A stretch of 64,000 nucleotides of DNA, taken from assembly GCA_964467905.1 (NCBI GenBank), contig CAYXSY010000001.1, positions 17,226 to 81,225 on the forward strand. Direction: 5' to 3'. Origin of the DNA: an uncultured Planctomycetales bacterium. GTDB lineage: Bacteria > Omnitrophota > Gorgyraeia > Gygaellales > Profunditerraquicolaceae. This document shows, in pieces, positions 35,345-44,247 of this stretch. The notes below the pieces were generated by a model. The model did no database searches and was not told the DNA's origin. It saw only the letters and a list, made by a program, of their open reading frames with translations. Both the position numbers and the translations under genes were made by a program. Position 1 is the stretch's first letter; the number at the start of each line of letters is the position of its first letter.

Positions 35345-35392
35345 GGCTTAGGGGATCCAAAGCCTAGTGGCCTGCCATTGCACTAGAGGGCA
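35345..35392 (-). pseudogene. Degenerate tRNA-Gln-like 5' half (UUG-type anticodon loop), no T arm or 3' acceptor
   Basis: The minus strand tgccctctagtgcaatggcaggccactaggctttggatcccc matches the first 39 nt of the intact tRNA-Gln at 29 positions by hand alignment. The D and anticodon stems no longer pair well, and no GGTTCGA or matching 3' acceptor follows. Confidence 0.5.
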
Positions 35393-35583
35393 ATATATTT
35401 TATTTTGCAACAATTATACCATCCATTTGCTAAAATGGTAGGGAATTTATTACTTATTTACTTCCCCAAAAAGGAGATAAGGCCCATTTTAAGATTAACT
35501 TTTGTTATATATAGACTTATGAAAATAAAATTCTTGACAATAAAAATATTGTATGATAACTTTAATGTCAAAGGGGGTGACAT

Positions 35584-35946
35584 ATGAAGAGAACAATCGG
35601 TCTTCTTTTGGTAATAACAATGGTGTTGGGATTCTGCTCTTTGGCTTATGCTAAAAGTCCTGCGGATAAGCTAGTTCGCGGAGCTGGCAACGTATTATCC
35701 TGCTGGTTAGAGATTCCTCAGACAATCGATGAAGAGTGGAAAGCAAGCAAGAACGCTGGAATAGGTATTTTCGCCGGTTTCTTTAAAGGCCTTGCCTTTA
35801 CTGGCGCTAGATTAGTGTCAGGAGTATGGGATATAATTACATTCCCGGCAGCAGCTCCAAGAAACTATGAACCTATATTCAAGCCAGATTACGTATTTGA
35901 CAAAGAACCTACTCCTTCAAACGTAACGCCTGCACCAGTTAAATAA
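35584..35946 (+). CDS. Small secreted protein of the exosortase-associated TIGR04073-like family
   Basis: This 120-aa ORF is the only convincing plus-strand gene. It has a signal peptide (..SLAYAKS), then KLVRGAGNVLSCWLEIPQTI and LVSGVWDIITFP, patterns I recall for TIGR04073. An SD GGGGGTG lies upstream and TTGACA lies at 35534..35539. Confidence 0.55.
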   Translation: MKRTIGLLLVITMVLGFCSLAYAKSPADKLVRGAGNVLSCWLEIPQTIDEEWKASKNAGIGIFAGFFKGLAFTGARLVSGVWDIITFPAAAPRNYEPIFKPDYVFDKEPTPSNVTPAPVK

Positions 35947-35965
35947 TATATTTTTTTAAGAAAAT

Positions 35966-35999
35966 AAAAAGGAGGGCAATTAATACTGCCCTCCTTTTT
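35966..35999. terminator. Bidirectional rho-independent terminator between convergent genes
   Basis: aaaaaggagggca-attaatac-tgccctccttttt is a GC-rich 8-bp core stem flanked by an A-run and a T-run. It lies between the + gene end (35946) and the - gene end (36021). Confidence 0.75.
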
Positions 36000-36020
36000 T
36001 CTTTACTCTAAAATAATAAA

Positions 36021-36470
36021 CTACATACCCTGCATAGCGTTTATTACGCTTTGAGATACCCCTTGGCCTTTCAGATAAGTTACATCCTCTGCGCTTAAAT
36101 TAAACTTGGAATTAGTTAATTTTATCTTGTCGATAATAACGTTCTCATTGACTCCCTGTTTGCTTAAATCAATAACCTGCTGCATAGTCATTTGATTGGG
36201 ATTGACTCCCTGTCCGGATGTAGTATCCTGCGGCTTTTTCATCTGGCTGCCCACCAATGCTCCTGTAAGCGCCCCAGCTGCAGCGCCGATACCGGCGCCT
36301 TCCAGGCCGTGGCCGCTTTGATGCCCGATAACTCCGCCTGCTGTAGCTCCCAATAAACCTCCGATTATTGCTCCTTCGGTAGTCTTATTTTCCGAGGTGC
36401 TCTGGCATGAAGCATTTATAAACATAAATACTGTGCAGAAAACAATAGTTAATATCTTCTTCATAATCAA
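36021..36470 (-). CDS. Glycine-zipper lipoprotein
   Basis: 149-aa ORF with a lipobox (FINASC) and a Gly-zipper (GAIIGGLLGATAGGVIGHQSGHGLEGAGIGAAAGALTGALVG). The C-terminus has a repeated GV..SVI motif. Confidence 0.6.
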   Translation of the reverse strand: MIMKKILTIVFCTVFMFINASCQSTSENKTTEGAIIGGLLGATAGGVIGHQSGHGLEGAGIGAAAGALTGALVGSQMKKPQDTTSGQGVNPNQMTMQQVIDLSKQGVNENVIIDKIKLTNSKFNLSAEDVTYLKGQGVSQSVINAMQGM

Positions 36471-36488
36471 CTCCTTTTATAAAAAACC

Positions 36489-36653
36489 CTACCACATATT
36501 ATCTTTTATCCAGCTATCGATATTCTTTAACCCTGCTAAGTCCTTCTTGGCCCCCTCTACCATGCCCACGCCCATGCCGCCAATGGTATTACATCCTGCA
36601 AGCGTAACTAAAAAACCGGACAGAATGAATAAAGCAAGCCACTTTTTTGCCAT
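36489..36653 (-). CDS. Entericidin-like small lipoprotein
   Basis: MAKKWLALFILSGFLVTLAGCNTIGGMGVGM.. has the lipobox LAGC. ATG 36653 has AAGGAG 6 nt upstream, whereas the track start at 36674 is less likely. Confidence 0.55.
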   Translation of the reverse strand: MAKKWLALFILSGFLVTLAGCNTIGGMGVGMVEGAKKDLAGLKNIDSWIKDNMW

Positions 36654-36704
36654 CTTTAGCTCCTTTTTTAGCATTAAGAATCTAAAAACCTTTTGCCTTA
36701 ACGG

Positions 36705-38009
36705 CTATTGTTTTACCCAATGCCTAAGCCTATCTATGGTGCGCTCTTTACCTAAATAATGCATTACTTCAAATAACCCCGGGCCCACGGTCTTGCCCGT
36801 AAGCGCGACCCTGATAGGATGGATAAGCTCGCGCGATTGAATAGATAAATCATTTATCAATCTGCGAAACTCTTCCTCAATGCTGATTATATCAAATTTA
36901 TCTAATTTTTCCAGTCTTTCAATAAAAAGACTGAATTCTCTTGATAGATCTTTAGACAAATATTTGTCCTGTGCCTGCTTCTCGATTTTAGGCTCTTTCA
37001 AAAAGAAAAAATCAGCCCAATCAACGAAATCTGCTAAGGTAGGCAAACGTGCCTGAAATAATTTTATCAAAGAAATAATATAATTTCTATCAAAATTATC
37101 CTTATCCACGTAACCCCTGTTTATAAGTTCGGGGAGAATTTCTTCTAAAGCAATCTCGGGGTTCATGTTTTTTATATACTGGTTATTTATCCAGTCTAAT
37201 TTCTTTAAATCAAACGTTGCGGCTGTTTTATTTACATTCTTTATATCAAACAAGCCTACTGCCTCATTTATATCTATTAATTCCCTGTTCTCTCCCGGAG
37301 ACCAGCTTAAAAGCAAGAGATAATTAACCAGCGCCTGCGGCAAATATCCCATATTCCGATAATCGCTTATTGCCGTAGCGCCTGTCCTTTTAGATAACCT
37401 TCCGCCTTCCATCCCCATAATAAGCGGCAGGTGCGCGAACTCAGGTACGCTTAAGCCCAACGCCTGGTAGATAAGAATCTGCTTCGGCGTATTAGAAATA
37501 TGATCGTCTCCTCTGATTATATGAGTTATCTTCATATCAGCATCATCGACAACACAGGCAAAGTTATACGTAGGCGTTCCGTCTGACTTAATTAAAACCT
37601 GATCCTTAATGACAGAAGAATCAAAGACTATTTCTGCGCGGATTAAATCATTAATCTCTATCTTCTGCTGCGGTACCTTAAAAATTATGGCCTCTCCCTG
37701 CCTATCCGGAGATCTTTCGGTATAAGCCTTGCCTTCTTTTAATAATTTCTCCGCCATCGCCCTGTACAAATCGAATCTCTGACTCTGATAATAAAGCTCA
37801 TCCCAATTAAAACCCAGCCATTTAAGACTATTTAATATTTCATCAACAAACTCCTGCTTCGATCTTGCTGCATCGGTATCTTCTATGCGCAAGACAAATT
37901 TCCCATTTTTAGCCTTGGCATACAGCCAATTAAATAAAGACGTGCGTGCGCCACCTATATGCAAGAATCCCGTGGGGCTTGGTGCGAATCTAACTCTAAC
38001 CTGACTCAT
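36705..38009 (-). CDS. gltX: Glutamate--tRNA ligase
   Basis: 434-aa ORF with RVRFAPSPTGFLHIGGARTSLFNW (HIGH) and LSKRTG (KMSKS variant). Confidence 0.9.
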   Translation of the reverse strand: MSQVRVRFAPSPTGFLHIGGARTSLFNWLYAKAKNGKFVLRIEDTDAARSKQEFVDEILNSLKWLGFNWDELYYQSQRFDLYRAMAEKLLKEGKAYTERSPDRQGEAIIFKVPQQKIEINDLIRAEIVFDSSVIKDQVLIKSDGTPTYNFACVVDDADMKITHIIRGDDHISNTPKQILIYQALGLSVPEFAHLPLIMGMEGGRLSKRTGATAISDYRNMGYLPQALVNYLLLLSWSPGENRELIDINEAVGLFDIKNVNKTAATFDLKKLDWINNQYIKNMNPEIALEEILPELINRGYVDKDNFDRNYIISLIKLFQARLPTLADFVDWADFFFLKEPKIEKQAQDKYLSKDLSREFSLFIERLEKLDKFDIISIEEEFRRLINDLSIQSRELIHPIRVALTGKTVGPGLFEVMHYLGKERTIDRLRHWVKQ

Positions 38010-38554
38010 GCTTTATTACCTTTCGTTAACAACCGCTCTCCCATTTCAAAAGCTTTAATATTAATATCAACAAGCCTCTGCCCGCGGCCGCGGCCGATAT
38101 TCTTTATAGCCTCCAGCACTGTCTTATGACTGCATATATCGGTATACTTCACAAGCATCCCTAACGCTACCATATTGGCTATTTTTATATTACCTAATTC
38201 GCAGGCGACTTGCGTAAATGGAGCGCTAACTACATTCTTAGAGCTTATATTTGCTGTCCTGACGAGAGAATCATTAATAAACAAAACTCCGTGTCCGGCT
38301 ATCTTATGTTTAAATTTATTCCATGATGGCTCATTCATTACAATCAAGAAGTCTGCTTTATCGACGCACGGCGAGCCTATGTCTTCATCAGAGATTATAA
38401 CCGAACAATGTGCGGTTCCGCCGCGGACCTCAGCACCATATGCCGGCAGCCACGTAACATTCTTATTCTCCCGCATTGCCGCAATAGCTAAAACCTTGCC
38501 TAAAAGCATTATTCCTTGGCCGCCTGCGCCGGCAATAATTATGCGTTTAATCAT
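38006..38554 (-). CDS. 2-oxoacid:ferredoxin oxidoreductase gamma subunit
   Basis: 182-aa ORF starting IIIAGAGGQGIMLLGKVLA, typical of the gamma subunit. Confidence 0.85.
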   Translation of the reverse strand: MIKRIIIAGAGGQGIMLLGKVLAIAAMRENKNVTWLPAYGAEVRGGTAHCSVIISDEDIGSPCVDKADFLIVMNEPSWNKFKHKIAGHGVLFINDSLVRTANISSKNVVSAPFTQVACELGNIKIANMVALGMLVKYTDICSHKTVLEAIKNIGRGRGQRLVDINIKAFEMGERLLTKGNKA

Positions 38555-38620
38555 AAAACTTTCATCCTTTAAATTGCATTAATCAAAGCACCTTATGAAA
38601 CTTCATATAACATTACGTAA

Positions 38621-39349
38621 CTATTTTATTCTACCTAACGGAAACTCCTTACTCATCTCATCCTTTATCCAAATCATAGCCTCGCGAGGAGTCTTTCCCC
38701 AATATGTCGGGCACGGAGAGAGAACTTCTACCAACGAAAAACCTACACTATTTATCTGATTTAAAAATGCCTGTTTAATCGCTTTCTTTGTCTTGATTAT
38801 CTCCTGCGGGCTATATACGGATGTCCTTTCCACATATTTAACAGCAGGCAGGCTCGATAAAATCTCGGATATTTTAAGCGGATACCCGTGTAAAGAAACA
38901 TTCCTGCCGCCGGGGGTAGTAGAAGTCTTCTGATTCACCAAAGTAGTAGGAGCCATCTGCCCGCCGGTCATGCCATATACGGCATTATTAACAAATATAA
39001 CAGTAAGATTCTCGCCTCTATTAGCAGCATGGATTGTCTCATTAGTCCCTATGGCGGCTAAATCTCCATCGCCTTGGTAAGTAAAAACGATATTCTGTGG
39101 TCTCACTCTTTTTATGGCGGTAGCAACAGCAAGTGCCCTGCCGTGAGCAGCCTCAGAACAGTCAAAATCCCAATAATCGTAGGCAATAACTGCGCATCCT
39201 ACAGGGGCTACAGCAATTACCTTTTCTCTTATGCCTAAATCATCAACTGCCTCAGCAACTAACCTGTGGATTAAACCATGCCCGCAACCCGGACAATAGT
39301 GGGTTGAGACATTACGCAATGATTTAGGATGACTATATATCTTTTCCAT
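38621..39349 (-). CDS. 2-oxoacid:ferredoxin oxidoreductase beta (TPP-binding) subunit
   Basis: 242-aa ORF with CPGCGHG and the TPP motif GDGD...NN..YGMTGGQ. Confidence 0.88.
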   Translation of the reverse strand: MEKIYSHPKSLRNVSTHYCPGCGHGLIHRLVAEAVDDLGIREKVIAVAPVGCAVIAYDYWDFDCSEAAHGRALAVATAIKRVRPQNIVFTYQGDGDLAAIGTNETIHAANRGENLTVIFVNNAVYGMTGGQMAPTTLVNQKTSTTPGGRNVSLHGYPLKISEILSSLPAVKYVERTSVYSPQEIIKTKKAIKQAFLNQINSVGFSLVEVLSPCPTYWGKTPREAMIWIKDEMSKEFPLGRIK

Positions 39350-39359
39350 ATCTATAGAC

Positions 39360-40412
39360 CTAACGTATTAATGACTTTATTTTCTTGGTTATTTCTTCTA
39401 CCGTCGGGATCCCCCCACCGGTCCTGCCTAAGAAATCCACCTTCGATTTTCCTGAAACAGCCAGACGCACGTCATCGAGCATCTGCCCGGAAGACATCTC
39501 CAACACCAGATAGCCTGCTTTCGGCATTAGCTTTTTAAAAATCTTATCTGGAAAAGGCCACAATTTTACAGGGCGTACCAAGCCTACGCGCATGCTTTTT
39601 TTCCTTAAATCCTGTACGATACTTTTGGCTATCCTGTACATCGTCCCGTAAGCAACCAATATTATTTTTGCGTCATCTACAAAGAGATTTTCGTATTCCT
39701 GTTCTTTCTCCCGGATTAATTTATATTTATCATGTAAAATAAGGTTGAATTTCTCAAGGTCTCCTTCGGCAATATAGAATGATTTCACTACATTTGGTTT
39801 CCTACCCTTGCACCCGGTCAGTGCCCACGGTTTTTTATAATTTTTAATTCTTGATTTTTGATTCTTGATTTTTATCGGCTCCATCATCTGACCCAAGATA
39901 CCGTCACCTAAAACTATTACCGGATTGCGGTAGGCATCAGCCAACTGAAATGCCTTATACATAAAATCATATGCTTCCTGTACAGTAGAAGGCGCCATAA
40001 CTATGCAACGGTAATCACCGTGTCCTCCGCCGCGAGTCGCCTGGAAATAATCCGACTGGGCCGGGGCTATATTACCTAGTCCGGGACCGCCGCGCATAAT
40101 ATTAACTATAACAGCGGGAAGTTGGGCTCCGGCTATATAAGATATGCCTTCTTGTTTCAAACTTATTCCCGGGCTGGAAGACGAAGTCATTGCCCTTTTA
40201 CCCGCAGCAGAAGCCCCGAAAACCATATTAATAGCGGAGATTTCGGATTCCGCCTGTATAAATACCCTGTCTCTTGCAGGCATATGCTCTGCCATATATG
40301 CAGTCAATTCATTTTGCGGAGTAATGGGATAACCGGCATAGAATGTGCAACCGGCGTCAATTGCGCCTTGAGCTATAGCTTCATTCCCGCTGATTAATAT
40401 CTTTTCTGTCAT
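39360..40412 (-). CDS. 2-oxoacid:ferredoxin oxidoreductase alpha subunit
   Basis: 350-aa ORF with the N-terminus ISGNEAIAQGAIDAGCTFYAGYPITPQNE. Confidence 0.88.
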   Translation of the reverse strand: MTEKILISGNEAIAQGAIDAGCTFYAGYPITPQNELTAYMAEHMPARDRVFIQAESEISAINMVFGASAAGKRAMTSSSSPGISLKQEGISYIAGAQLPAVIVNIMRGGPGLGNIAPAQSDYFQATRGGGHGDYRCIVMAPSTVQEAYDFMYKAFQLADAYRNPVIVLGDGILGQMMEPIKIKNQKSRIKNYKKPWALTGCKGRKPNVVKSFYIAEGDLEKFNLILHDKYKLIREKEQEYENLFVDDAKIILVAYGTMYRIAKSIVQDLRKKSMRVGLVRPVKLWPFPDKIFKKLMPKAGYLVLEMSSGQMLDDVRLAVSGKSKVDFLGRTGGGIPTVEEITKKIKSLIR

Positions 40413-40612
40413 TTATATACCTCTATACAACAATCCGGACAAATTAATGCGCACATAGAACAACCAATACAACCTTCGCTATTCTCAAATCCCACATAGT
40501 TAAAACCGCGTTTATTTAAACGCGGCGCTTTCTTAATCTTGCCTTTTGGGCATACGCTTATGCATAAGAAGCAGCCTTTACATTTCTCTTTATCTATTTT
40601 TATCTTCGCCAT
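40409..40612 (-). CDS. 2-oxoacid:ferredoxin oxidoreductase delta subunit (2x[4Fe-4S])
   Basis: 67-aa ORF with CKGCFLCISVCP and CIGCSMCALICP. Confidence 0.85.
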   Translation of the reverse strand: MAKIKIDKEKCKGCFLCISVCPKGKIKKAPRLNKRGFNYVGFENSEGCIGCSMCALICPDCCIEVYK

Positions 40613-40613
40613 T

Positions 40614-42482
40614 TTATTGGTGCCCCTTAAAGTCTTCTTGAATCTTTTTAGCTATTAAAGCGGGAGTTAAACCATATTTCTCCAATAATATTTCCCTCTT
40701 ACCGTGAGTGATAAATTCACAAGGTAACCCTATCTTTGTAACAGATAAGCCGAGCGTATCAGCAAGGGCGCTGCCAAACCCACCATCTATTATACCCTCC
40801 TCAACACTAAAAATACACTTCACTTTTGAAGAATACGATTTTAATAAATCTTTATCGAGCGGCTTTATAAACCTGGCATTTATAACAGCCGCATCCAGGC
40901 CTTGTCTCTGCAATATCTCTGCTGCCTCCAAAGAAGGATAAACCATGCTTCCGACAGCAACAATCATAATATCCCTGCCATCCTTAAGAAGCTGGGCCGA
41001 GCTTATTTTGATAGGCTGTTTGTCTGAAGGTATTTGCGGATGCGGCACGTTCCCTTTCGGGTATCTTATAGCAACCGGACAATTTAGCCCTACCGCGAAA
41101 GAAAGCATATCTTCCAACTCTATGGCATCTTTAGGCGCCATCAAGACCATATTAGGCACTGTATGCATAAAAGCAATATCAAAAATACCCTGGTGCGTTG
41201 GTCCATCCTCACCCACAATCCCACAGCGGTCTAAAATAAAAACTACACCTAAATCCTGCAAGGCCACATCAATAATTATCTGATCATATGCTCTCTGGAT
41301 AAATGTGGAATATATAGCTACTACCGGCTTAAGCCCTCCTTTGGCTAACCCACCGGAAAAACAAACCGCGTGTTCCTCGGCTATGCCAACATCAAAAAAT
41401 CTATCCGGATAAGCATCGCGGAATTTATCCAAACCCGTTCCCTCCGGCATAGCAGCAGTAACAGCTACTATCTTTTTATTATTTTGCGCCAATTCAAGCA
41501 ATTTATCGCTAAAAACCTTGGTATAGCTTCTGGCATCATTATCAACTATCGTCGCTGGCTTGCCGGTTTTGATATCAAAAGGTCCCGTGCTATGGAACTT
41601 AACCGGCTCTTTCTCTGTTACCTCGCAGCCCTTACCTTTTTTGGTAACAATGTGCAACAGGCGAGGTCCTTTTATAGTAAGTAAATTTTTAATGGTGGGA
41701 ATCAAAACACTCAAATCATGTCCGTTAAGGGGGCCGAAATAACGAAACCCCATCTCCTCAAAGAATAACCCCGGGATAAATAAGCCCTTAAGTCCTTCTT
41801 CAAATTTATTCGCCAGTTTTATAATTCTGCTGCCTTTGGGGATACGCGATTTCACCAGGCCTTCTAAAGAATCGCGGAAACGATTATATATGGGCAGAGA
41901 AATTACTTTATTAATATAAGTACTTATTGCCCCCGCGTTAGGCGCAATGCTTAGTTCGTTAGTATTCAAAACAACTATTATGTCTTTCTTAAGATGCCCG
42001 GCGTTATTTAAACCTTCAAAACATAAGCCACCGCTTAAAGAACCGTCGCCGATAACCGCAGCTACCCTAAAATAATCTTCTGCGGATAGGCTATCCCTTG
42101 CGCAAACAAGGCCCAAAGCCAAAGATACCGCACTTGAGCTGTGCCCAGTCGTAAATGTATCGTATATTGACTCCTTGTGATTCGGAAAACCACTAATACC
42201 GTTATACTGCCTTAGGGTATGAAAGTTTTTGCTTCTGCCGGTGAGGATCTTATGTGCATAGGCCTGATGGCCTACATCCCAGATAATTTTATCTTTAGGG
42301 GTATCCAAACAATAATGCAAAGCAATGGCAATTTCTACCGCACCAAGACTTGAAGCAATATGTCCCCCCTGGCAAGAGCCCACTTCTATAATCCTTGAAC
42401 GGATCTCTTCGGCTAAATTAGGCAGTTTCTCCAAACTCAATCCCCTAAGATCACCGGCTTCTTTTATCTTTTCCAAAAACAC
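40614..42482 (-). CDS. dxs: 1-deoxy-D-xylulose-5-phosphate synthase
   Basis: 622-aa ORF with GGHIASSLGAVE, WDVGHQAY.HK, GDGSLSGG and IAEEHAV motifs. Confidence 0.92.
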   Translation of the reverse strand: MFLEKIKEAGDLRGLSLEKLPNLAEEIRSRIIEVGSCQGGHIASSLGAVEIAIALHYCLDTPKDKIIWDVGHQAYAHKILTGRSKNFHTLRQYNGISGFPNHKESIYDTFTTGHSSSAVSLALGLVCARDSLSAEDYFRVAAVIGDGSLSGGLCFEGLNNAGHLKKDIIVVLNTNELSIAPNAGAISTYINKVISLPIYNRFRDSLEGLVKSRIPKGSRIIKLANKFEEGLKGLFIPGLFFEEMGFRYFGPLNGHDLSVLIPTIKNLLTIKGPRLLHIVTKKGKGCEVTEKEPVKFHSTGPFDIKTGKPATIVDNDARSYTKVFSDKLLELAQNNKKIVAVTAAMPEGTGLDKFRDAYPDRFFDVGIAEEHAVCFSGGLAKGGLKPVVAIYSTFIQRAYDQIIIDVALQDLGVVFILDRCGIVGEDGPTHQGIFDIAFMHTVPNMVLMAPKDAIELEDMLSFAVGLNCPVAIRYPKGNVPHPQIPSDKQPIKISSAQLLKDGRDIMIVAVGSMVYPSLEAAEILQRQGLDAAVINARFIKPLDKDLLKSYSSKVKCIFSVEEGIIDGGFGSALADTLGLSVTKIGLPCEFITHGKREILLEKYGLTPALIAKKIQEDFKGHQ

Positions 42483-42489
42483 GTCTTGC

Positions 42490-42726
42490 CTATTCTCCTA
42501 TCTGTGACTCATCGAGCGGCTTTAACTCAAATTCGCCCTTTTTGTTTTTCATCAATACATCTATCTTCTTCTTAGCTGCGTCAAGCCTGACAGAACACTG
42601 CCTGGAAAGCTCGATGCCTTCCTGATACTTTTTTAATGCCTCATCCAAAGATAAATCGCCTTTTTCAAGCTCATCAACTATCTTCTCTAATTTTTTAAGT
42701 GCTTCCTCAAATTTTATTTCTGCCAT
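42490..42726 (-). CDS. xseB: Exodeoxyribonuclease VII small subunit
   Basis: 78-aa ORF with FEEALKKLEKIVDELEKGDLSLDEALKKYQEGIELSRQC. Confidence 0.9.
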   Translation of the reverse strand: MAEIKFEEALKKLEKIVDELEKGDLSLDEALKKYQEGIELSRQCSVRLDAAKKKIDVLMKNKKGEFELKPLDESQIGE

Positions 42727-42875
42727 ATTTTCAAACCTCCGTATAAAATTTTCGTCAACCGCCCGGCCTCACTGGCTCGGCCGGCGCGCTAAACGGCGCT
42801 CCTTATTCGTCGCGCCAGCGCCCTCAAATTTTATTTCTGCCATATTTTCAAACCTCCGTATAAAATTTTCGTCAA
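42705..42875. repeat. Perfect 54-bp direct repeat pair (42705..42758 and 42822..42875) flanking a 63-bp GC-rich insert
   Basis: Both copies read cctcaaattttatttctgccatattttcaaacctccgtataaaattttcgtcaa and were checked base by base. Each copy contains the xseA stop context, the SD and the first 7 codons of xseB. The insert 42759..42821 contains the hairpin ccggcc-N10-ggccgg. Confidence 0.9.
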
Positions 42876-44203
42876 ATAACTTTATTGATTACCCTGCTTA
42901 TTATTTCTCCGTTATGAAGCTTGGTTTTGATAATATCTTCTGCGTCTACGGACTTGGCATCTTTGATGACGCCCCCCGACTCCGAGAAAGTAATGCTGTA
43001 GCCGCGGGAAAGAATATTGAGTGGGCTTAAAGCACAGAGCCTACTGGCTGCATTCTTAAAGCCAGCTTGTCTAATTTCCAGAAAATGGCTAGTGCAGAAA
43101 CGCAAGCGCTTTGCCAAGTCGTCTATCTTCAAAAGGTGCTGATTAATTTCATTAGCAGGATTAAGCAATACAAGCTTCTTTGTAAGTGCTCCCAGATTAC
43201 TTATATTCAAATCCACAATATGAGCAGAATTTAACATCAACCTGTGAGTAAAGTTACCTATCCTTTCCGCAAAAGAGTTGCAGATTTCAGCAAAAGAACG
43301 CTTAAGGTCCGAAGTGCTATTCTGCAAATCTATTTCTAAGTCTTCTTTCCTAGGGATAACCATCTCAGCAGCTGCCGATGGAGTAGAAGCTCTGACATCG
43401 GCCACTAAGTCCGATAAAGTAATATCCCTTTCGTGACCGACTGCTGAAATTACCGGTATTTTTGACTTGTATATTGAACGCGCTACTATCTCTTCGTTAA
43501 AAGCCCAGAGGTCCTCTATGCTGCCGCCTCCTCTGCCTACAATTAAGACCTCTATTCTTCTATCAGCAGACAGGCCTTCGTTAAGCAGATTAAAATCATC
43601 AATAGCTTCTGCTATCTGATTCTTAGCATTATCACCCTGCACCTGCACCGGCCTTATCGCTATATGCACCCCTCTGAATCTTCTATCTAAAACCTTTAAA
43701 ATATCTTTTATCGCCGCCCCTTGTAAAGAAGTAACTACTCCTACTCTCTGCGGCAGATAGGGTATCGGCCTTTTGTGTTCAGCGGAAAATAACCCTTCTT
43801 TATCAAGCCTATTCTTCAGCTGCTCTAAAGCAAGCTGCAGCGCCCCCAGCCCCTTAGGTTCGATTCTCTCAACTATAAGCTGATACTTTCCATGAGGAGG
43901 ATAGACCTCTATATTACCGAAACATAAAACCTTAAGCCCGTCTTCTAACTTAAACTTGGTTGATGCGGCTATGCGGCTAAAAACAACTGCCTGCAGAACT
44001 GCTTTTTCATCTTTTAAAGAAAAATACTGATGTGCCGAAGATGATACGCGGACATTGGAAAGTTCGCCCTCAATCCATACCCCTTCGAAAGTATTCTCAA
44101 GTATTATTTTTATATCCTGAGTAATCTCGGAAACTTTATAGACTCGGTCAGATTTTGAAGAAGGGGAAAGCGGAGCGAAAAGATCTGTTTCTTTTTTTCT
44201 CAT
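42872..44203 (-). CDS. xseA: Exodeoxyribonuclease VII large subunit
   Basis: 443-aa ORF with an OB-fold N-terminus (VWIEGELSNV....SGH.YFSLKD) and VIVGRGGGSIEDLW.FN. Confidence 0.9.
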   Translation of the reverse strand: MRKKETDLFAPLSPSSKSDRVYKVSEITQDIKIILENTFEGVWIEGELSNVRVSSSAHQYFSLKDEKAVLQAVVFSRIAASTKFKLEDGLKVLCFGNIEVYPPHGKYQLIVERIEPKGLGALQLALEQLKNRLDKEGLFSAEHKRPIPYLPQRVGVVTSLQGAAIKDILKVLDRRFRGVHIAIRPVQVQGDNAKNQIAEAIDDFNLLNEGLSADRRIEVLIVGRGGGSIEDLWAFNEEIVARSIYKSKIPVISAVGHERDITLSDLVADVRASTPSAAAEMVIPRKEDLEIDLQNSTSDLKRSFAEICNSFAERIGNFTHRLMLNSAHIVDLNISNLGALTKKLVLLNPANEINQHLLKIDDLAKRLRFCTSHFLEIRQAGFKNAASRLCALSPLNILSRGYSITFSESGGVIKDAKSVDAEDIIKTKLHNGEIISRVINKVI

Positions 44204-44247
44204 ATCAACCTATCTCTTGCCAAACTTCATTCGTGCAAAATAATTAA

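Noticed and set aside
34900-35392. An intron-containing (group I, HNH-encoding) tRNA-Gln, with the 5' half at 35392..35345 and a 3' half downstream of the HNH ORF.
   Set aside because: No sequence complementary to the fragment's acceptor (GAGGGCA) and no spare T arm exist between 34971 and 35344. The downstream tRNA-Gln is complete on its own with a different acceptor and anticodon.
35405-35587. 60-aa plus-strand ORF upstream of the TIGR04073-like gene.
   Set aside because: It begins with a TTG codon and spans the AT-rich promoter region including the TTGACA box. It has no SD and its translation is featureless. It overlaps the SD and start of the real gene.
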